Both the position numbers and the translations under genes were made by a program. The notes under the pieces were generated by a model. That model was not told the DNA's origin and did no database searches. It saw only the letters and a program-made list of their open reading frames with translations. From contig JAKQPK010000050.1 in NCBI GenBank assembly GCA_029564765.1, positions 82,977 to 146,976 of the forward strand: a stretch of 64,000 nucleotides of DNA, read 5' to 3'. The DNA comes from Candidatus Omnitrophota bacterium. Its GTDB lineage: Bacteria; Omnitrophota; Gorgyraeia; Zapsychrales; Aceulaceae. This document shows positions 58,819-64,000 of this stretch, one piece after another (the first letter of the stretch is position 1; every line of letters starts with the position of its first letter).

Positions 58819-60081
58819 TCAACCTTGTGTTGGTAATGAAATCTTAATATTACGTCTGATGAATTTCTCCAGACAAGAAGGATTGTGACCTGTCGCAACC
58901 CACTTTCCGATCGTGTGTCCATCAGTCGTGACTTGTTCTTCTTTAAAATAAAAAATATCTTGTAGCGATATCGCATTCGCGTTTTCATTGTAAACGAGGT
59001 CCGTGATATGCGTGATGCGGCGTTTACCATCAATAAAGATCTCCGTATGCACGATCATATCGATCGCACCAGCGATCTGACGCCTGATCTCATCAACACT
59101 TAGCGGAATGCCCGTGGACAATAGCATTGTGACAAGGCGGTTGTAACAATCTTTAGGTGAATCACCATGCACAATAGCCAACGAACCAGAATGCCCGCTG
59201 CTGATCGACTGGATAAGGTCCAGCGCTTCATTGCTTCGGATCTCACCGATAATGATACGGTCAGGGCGCATACGTAGCGAATTAACAAAAAGATCACGGA
59301 TGCTAATAGTTCCCTTGCCTTCTACGTTGGCCGCCTTTGCCTGAAGACTGACAACATGCTCCTGTTTAAGTCGCAACTCTGCTGTGTCTTCGATCGTTAC
59401 AATTCGCTCTCTTTCGGGCAAATACCGCGAGAGGACGTTGAGCGTTGTTGTTTTACCTGTTCCCGTTGCCCCAGAAAAGATGATATTCAGTTTCGCATGG
59501 ATCGCGGCGATCAGAAAATCCGCCATCGGCTTGCTAAGCATTTCCAGCTTTAAAAGATCTTCGATCGTCTCTATCTCTGAAGAGAACTTGCGGATAGTTA
59601 CCACCGGCCCGACCAAGGACACTGGCGGCAAGATCACGTTAACGCGTGATCCATCAGGCAAAGAAAAATCAACATACGGCGATGATTCATCCACGCGCCG
59701 TCCAGATGAAGACTCAGCCAAGATCTTTTGGATCGTATGCATGAGCTCCTTAGAATCCTGAAATCGGATCGGGCTAAGCTCGATCTTGCCGTGACGCTGA
59801 ATATAGATCCGGTGAGGGCCATTGATCATGATCTCCGATATGCTCCTGTCCTCCATCAGAGGGCGTATGGGCCCTAGGCTGATCACAGAAGCGACGAATT
59901 GCTTGATCAGGCGTCCACGCTCCTCTTCAGACAAAAGCAATTCGTTATCCTTGCAAGTCTGATCGATCGCATTTTTAGCGTAAACGCGGATCTGATCCTC
60001 GGTCAACGATTCCTTGACCTTTAGGAAATCCGTCTTAGTAATTAAATGTTTCTGCATCAGATTGCGGACTTGCTCTAACAT
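58819..60081 (-). CDS. CpaF/TadA-family secretion ATPase (type II/IV secretion NTPase)
   Basis: 420 aa with a Walker A motif (GATGTGKTTTLN) and CpaF-like N-terminal and C-terminal regions. Confidence 0.8.
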   Translation of the reverse strand: MLEQVRNLMQKHLITKTDFLKVKESLTEDQIRVYAKNAIDQTCKDNELLLSEEERGRLIKQFVASVISLGPIRPLMEDRSISEIMINGPHRIYIQRHGKIELSPIRFQDSKELMHTIQKILAESSSGRRVDESSPYVDFSLPDGSRVNVILPPVSLVGPVVTIRKFSSEIETIEDLLKLEMLSKPMADFLIAAIHAKLNIIFSGATGTGKTTTLNVLSRYLPERERIVTIEDTAELRLKQEHVVSLQAKAANVEGKGTISIRDLFVNSLRMRPDRIIIGEIRSNEALDLIQSISSGHSGSLAIVHGDSPKDCYNRLVTMLLSTGIPLSVDEIRRQIAGAIDMIVHTEIFIDGKRRITHITDLVYNENANAISLQDIFYFKEEQVTTDGHTIGKWVATGHNPSCLEKFIRRNIKISLPTQG

Positions 60082-60096
60082 GAGATCCTCTCTTTA

Positions 60097-61185
60097 CTAA
60101 AAACCCAATCGATCTTTTATTGTAAATATTTTATCAAAAACACCATAGCGAACAAAATCATTATAAAAAATAAAGACCGCCAAGCAAATGATCAAGCTTA
60201 ACCCGATCTTGTAAACGATCTCCTCTGTCTTAGCAGGCAACGGCTTTCCTTTTATCTTCTCGATGCCGAATAACAACAAATGACCTCCGTCTAAGACAGG
60301 TAGCGGTAAAAGATTAAAGATCGCTAAGCTCGCGGAAATGACAGCCATAATATAAAGAACGTAGGTAAATCCTAGCTCTGCCGCTTTCTTGATAATAAAA
60401 AAGATCCCGATCGGGCCTGTCATCCCGTCCTTCGTGGACATTGCCCCTGTGATCATCAAATAAAGCGCTTTATATGTTGTCCATGTGATATCAACAAGTT
60501 TCTCAGCCGCGTAAACGATGCTTTGCAAAAAATGATATCGTAATAAAACGATCTCTTCCTGAGGCTTAATACCAACGACGCGTGCCCTGATCTTTTGTCC
60601 AAAAACATTCTCTACTTCGTCTTGTGTCGATTGCACGACCAGAGTCTTTTGCTCTCCTTTGCGGTCAACAAGAAACGAAATATTATCATCCAAAGAGCGA
60701 CTAATGAACTTTTGAACATCTTCCCAGCTATGAACCTGAGCGTCATTGATCGCGAGGATCTTATCCTCAGCAAGAAAACCCGCCTTCTGCGCCGGATAAC
60801 CAGCAACAGCCTCTTTAATATTTGTCCCTAGGGCTGGATAGCCGATCATAAAAACTAGGCAAAAGCAAATAAAGGCAAAGAGATAATTGACGACCGGCCC
60901 AAATAAAACGATCAACGCCCGATGACCAACAGGCTTGGAGAAGAACTCTTCCTTGCCTCCCTTATAGTCAGCGCGTTCATCGCCGGCCATTTTAACATAT
61001 CCCCCCAAAGGAATAAGGCAAACCGCGTAATCAGTATCCTTTTTCTTAAAACTAAAGATCTTTGGTCCGAATCCAATGGCAAAGCGCTCAACCCGCACAC
61101 CTAACGCCTTCGCCATGGCTAAATGGCCATACTCATGAACGATCACTAAAATGCTCAAAACAAGAATAAAAACTAACGTTCCCAT
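60097..61185 (-). CDS. rseP: RIP metalloprotease RseP (site-2 protease, M50)
   Basis: HEYGH motif, a PDZ region and an LDGG motif. Confidence 0.9.
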   Translation of the reverse strand: MGTLVFILVLSILVIVHEYGHLAMAKALGVRVERFAIGFGPKIFSFKKKDTDYAVCLIPLGGYVKMAGDERADYKGGKEEFFSKPVGHRALIVLFGPVVNYLFAFICFCLVFMIGYPALGTNIKEAVAGYPAQKAGFLAEDKILAINDAQVHSWEDVQKFISRSLDDNISFLVDRKGEQKTLVVQSTQDEVENVFGQKIRARVVGIKPQEEIVLLRYHFLQSIVYAAEKLVDITWTTYKALYLMITGAMSTKDGMTGPIGIFFIIKKAAELGFTYVLYIMAVISASLAIFNLLPLPVLDGGHLLLFGIEKIKGKPLPAKTEEIVYKIGLSLIICLAVFIFYNDFVRYGVFDKIFTIKDRLGF

Positions 61186-61191
61186 ACGATC

Positions 61192-62346
61192 CTATCTGCT
61201 GATCAATCCCCGGGCTTCCTCTCGCGCCCAGGCATCAGCATTCAATATACTTTTTAATGTGACCGACGAAGAGGGTCGATGTTTTGCAACCACTTTCTCA
61301 GCGATCTCTGCGACTTTAAGAAAAGGGATCTTTTCTCTTAAGAACGCGCTTACGGCTTCTTCGTTAGCGGCGTTCAGAACGCTGCCAAATGTTTTTCCCT
61401 TTTTTGCGACATCATAGCAGAGTTTCAATGCCGGAAATTTCTTAACATCAGGCTTTAAGAACGTTAAGGTTTTCTGACGAATAAAATCCATCGCCGGCAA
61501 CGGGGCAACGGAACGCTTCGGATACGTCAAGGCATATTGAATAGGAATGCGCATATCCGTTACACCCAACTGCGCCATGACCGCGCCATCCTGAAATTCA
61601 ACCATTGAATGTATGATAGATTCAGGGTGGATCAAAACCTCGATATGAGATGCCGCCAGATCAAAAAGCCACATCGCCTCAATGACCTCTAAGCCCTTAT
61701 TCATCAAGGTCGCAGAATCAACCGTTATTTTCCGGCCCATACGCCAACGCGGATGTTTTAGCACATCAGCAACAGAAACACGCTTGAGTTGATCACGAGA
61801 TACGCAACGCAAGGGCCCTCCGGAAGCGGTCAGATAAACTCTTTTCAATCCTTGACGATCCTGGCCTTGAAGGCACTGAAAGATCGCGCTCTGCTCGCTA
61901 TCCACCGGAACGATAGAGGCTTTGTATTTTTTCGCCTCGGCCATCAGAACGCTTCCAGCCATGACAAGCGCTTCTTTGTTTGCAGGTGCAATATGTTTTC
62001 CTGAGCGTATCGCAGCCAAAAATGGACTAAGCGCCGCACTGCCTTCAATACCTAAAACAACAATATCTGCCTGTGGCAAACTTGCCAAATGGTCGATCTC
62101 ACTTCTTGTGTCAAATAACGATACCTTGGAACCAGAAATCTTTCGGCGCAGATCACAAATATGCTTCGCATCAATAGCAGCATATCGAGGCTTAAATTGA
62201 CGGATCTGCCTTGCCAATAAGTCCGTGTTATTCAAAGCGCTTAAAGCGACAACACTAAACTGCTGCGGAAAGCGCTCAACAACTTTGAGCACATTGATGC
62301 CAATGGATCCTGTTGAACCTAAAACAACGATCTTCTTCATTGCCAT
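61192..62346 (-). CDS. dxr: 1-deoxy-D-xylulose 5-phosphate reductoisomerase
   Basis: GSTGSIG NADPH-binding motif. 384 aa. Confidence 0.9.
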   Translation of the reverse strand: MAMKKIVVLGSTGSIGINVLKVVERFPQQFSVVALSALNNTDLLARQIRQFKPRYAAIDAKHICDLRRKISGSKVSLFDTRSEIDHLASLPQADIVVLGIEGSAALSPFLAAIRSGKHIAPANKEALVMAGSVLMAEAKKYKASIVPVDSEQSAIFQCLQGQDRQGLKRVYLTASGGPLRCVSRDQLKRVSVADVLKHPRWRMGRKITVDSATLMNKGLEVIEAMWLFDLAASHIEVLIHPESIIHSMVEFQDGAVMAQLGVTDMRIPIQYALTYPKRSVAPLPAMDFIRQKTLTFLKPDVKKFPALKLCYDVAKKGKTFGSVLNAANEEAVSAFLREKIPFLKVAEIAEKVVAKHRPSSSVTLKSILNADAWAREEARGLISR

Positions 62347-62347
62347 A

Positions 62348-63169
62348 TTAAAGCGTACTTAACGCAGAGCTCATATATAAATAAAAAGCTGGTGCCGCAA
62401 ACAACAAGCTATCGATAACATCTAAAACGCCGCCTAATCCGGGCAGAAACTTTCCAGAATCCTTGACATTGCAATCCCTTTTGATCATAGACTCCGAGAG
62501 ATCCCCCAGCTGGCCAATGCCCCCAAAAAAAGCACCAAGTAGCAATACCTGTAAAAATGTATAATTAAGCGCTTTTGGCAAACAAAACCAGCACAACCAT
62601 GCAGCAATGGCCGCAAAGGCTAATCCTGCGATCCACCCCTCCACGGTTTTATTTGGACTTACCTTAGCCAATAAGGCATGCTTACCATATTTCTTTCCAA
62701 TTAAAAGAGCGCCAATATCACCCGCCTTCGTGACAGCAATGATAAAGATCAAAAGCTTCATTCCCCCGTCACCCGGGATCAACGAACGGATCTTGACTAA
62801 AAAGCTAAAAAACCATGACACATAAAGAACCCCAAAAAGTGTTGTCGATATTCCAACGATCGCATTATGATTATCTTCACGCAAAAACTGCAAAAGTAGC
62901 AACAATAAAAACCCGATCACTATGAACAACAACTCCCAATTCTTTGTCAGCTCAAACCGCGTAAAGATCGACAAAGGGATCGCTGTCCCTATAAAGATCC
63001 CAACATAGCTGTAGATAGGGATCCCTTTCTTGCGTACAAGGTAAAAGAACTCATAAAGGCCAGCCATGGTCAACGCGACAACAAAAACAATAAAGAACCA
63101 CTTGTTCAAAATCGCGAAGATCGTTAACAAGACCATGAGCGTTGAGCTTAATACTCTCTGAGATAGCAT
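62348..63169 (-). CDS. cdsA: phosphatidate cytidylyltransferase
   Basis: Multi-TM protein. The start is trimmed to the MLSQRV methionine so that it does not overlap uppS. Confidence 0.8.
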   Translation of the reverse strand: MLSQRVLSSTLMVLLTIFAILNKWFFIVFVVALTMAGLYEFFYLVRKKGIPIYSYVGIFIGTAIPLSIFTRFELTKNWELLFIVIGFLLLLLLQFLREDNHNAIVGISTTLFGVLYVSWFFSFLVKIRSLIPGDGGMKLLIFIIAVTKAGDIGALLIGKKYGKHALLAKVSPNKTVEGWIAGLAFAAIAAWLCWFCLPKALNYTFLQVLLLGAFFGGIGQLGDLSESMIKRDCNVKDSGKFLPGLGGVLDVIDSLLFAAPAFYLYMSSALSTL

Positions 63170-63173
63170 CACT

Positions 63174-63890
63174 TTAAGGCTCCGAGACCTTTCCGTAGCG
63201 TCGCTCTCGCTTTTGATAATCCGCAAGGGCTTTTTCAAACTCTTTTTTTGTGAAATCCGGCCAATATTTTGGCGTAAAATAAAGCTCACTATAAGATAGC
63301 TGCCATAATAAAAAATTGCTGATCCGCTGCTCTCCAGAGGTGCGGATCAACAGGTCCGGGTCTGGCATTCCTTGCGTATACAAAGCAGCGCTGATGCTTT
63401 GCTCACTAAGCGAATCAGGATCTATGCGCCCATCCTTGGCCTCTCTGCAGAATTTCTTTACGGCATCCAAGATTTCCTGCCGTGCTCCATAATTAAAGGC
63501 GAGATTGAGCGTCATCCCCGTATTATTCTTGGTTTGTTCCTGAGCCCTGCTCAAGGCCGCAACAACCTTTTCAGGAGCACCATCCAAGCAACCCAAAACT
63601 TGAAATTTAATATCCGCTTTATGCAGCTCCTTGGCCTTTTCGTCTAAATTCTTAGCCAACGTGCTCATCAACATATCAACTTCTTGCTTTGGGCGATTCC
63701 AATTTTCTGCTGAAAAAGCAAATAAAGTTAGAAACTGTATGCCCGCTATTCTGGCAGCAGCAACAATATCATCTACGCGCCGCACACCCTGCAAATGCCC
63801 ATAGGTCCGTGGCATGTGGCGCTTTTTCGCCCATCGACCATTGCCGTCCATGATGATCGCGACATGCTTTGGGATTCTAGTACCGATCAT
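63174..63890 (-). CDS. uppS: undecaprenyl diphosphate synthase
   Basis: HVAIIMDGNGRWA motif. The start is trimmed to the MIGTRIPKH methionine. Confidence 0.85.
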   Translation of the reverse strand: MIGTRIPKHVAIIMDGNGRWAKKRHMPRTYGHLQGVRRVDDIVAAARIAGIQFLTLFAFSAENWNRPKQEVDMLMSTLAKNLDEKAKELHKADIKFQVLGCLDGAPEKVVAALSRAQEQTKNNTGMTLNLAFNYGARQEILDAVKKFCREAKDGRIDPDSLSEQSISAALYTQGMPDPDLLIRTSGEQRISNFLLWQLSYSELYFTPKYWPDFTKKEFEKALADYQKRERRYGKVSEP

Positions 63891-64000
63891 TGTTTTCTTG
63901 ACACCAATTAAAATGGGGGATATATATCCCCCATCGCGATGCCACCCATTCTTACTCAGCAAGCTAATAGCGCTATTCTGTCATATTCATGGTGTACATC

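Overview
This 64 kb window is a compact bacterial chromosomal region carrying about 60 protein-coding genes. Almost all are on the minus strand; only rpmB and one cysteine-rich secreted protein gene are on the plus strand. Most genes are recognisable housekeeping functions: nadA with an adjacent cysteine desulfurase, a UvrD-family helicase–nuclease fusion, recJ, argS, rsfS, an M16 peptidase, trpA and trpB, trpG-D-C-F, murA, prmC, prfA, rpmE, rho, coaE, glgA, polA, folD, rnhB, rplS, trmD, tgt, queA, spoIID-like, ruvB, scpA, trpS, infB, nusA, rimP, proS, a cpaF-like ATPase, rseP, dxr, cdsA and uppS. Three things stand out. First, a 9.7 kb gene (17607..27326, minus strand) encodes a 3239-aa signal-peptide protein that contains a eukaryotic-type UDP-sugar pyrophosphorylase (UDPGP family) domain and two tandem repeats of about 160 aa. 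Second, this giant gene, a neighbouring RNase-H-like 3'-5' exonuclease and three further genes form a block of about 15 kb that splits the tryptophan operon between trpF and trpB. Third, at least six intergenic palindromic elements share one architecture but differ in sequence: each has inverted arms built from tandem short units. Two of them are near-identical MITE-like copies that exactly fill zero-length intercistronic gaps. An unexplained, structured non-coding segment of about 650 bp lies upstream of the giant gene and includes 11-bp direct repeats. No rRNA, tRNA or CRISPR array was seen. Coordinates follow the supplied ORF track. The printed sequence line beginning at 781 appears shifted by 2 nt relative to the track, and I treated that as a formatting artefact. 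The lineage is unknown; a large secreted multi-domain gene inside a compact, heavily strand-biased genome may suggest an uncultivated lineage, but that is speculation.
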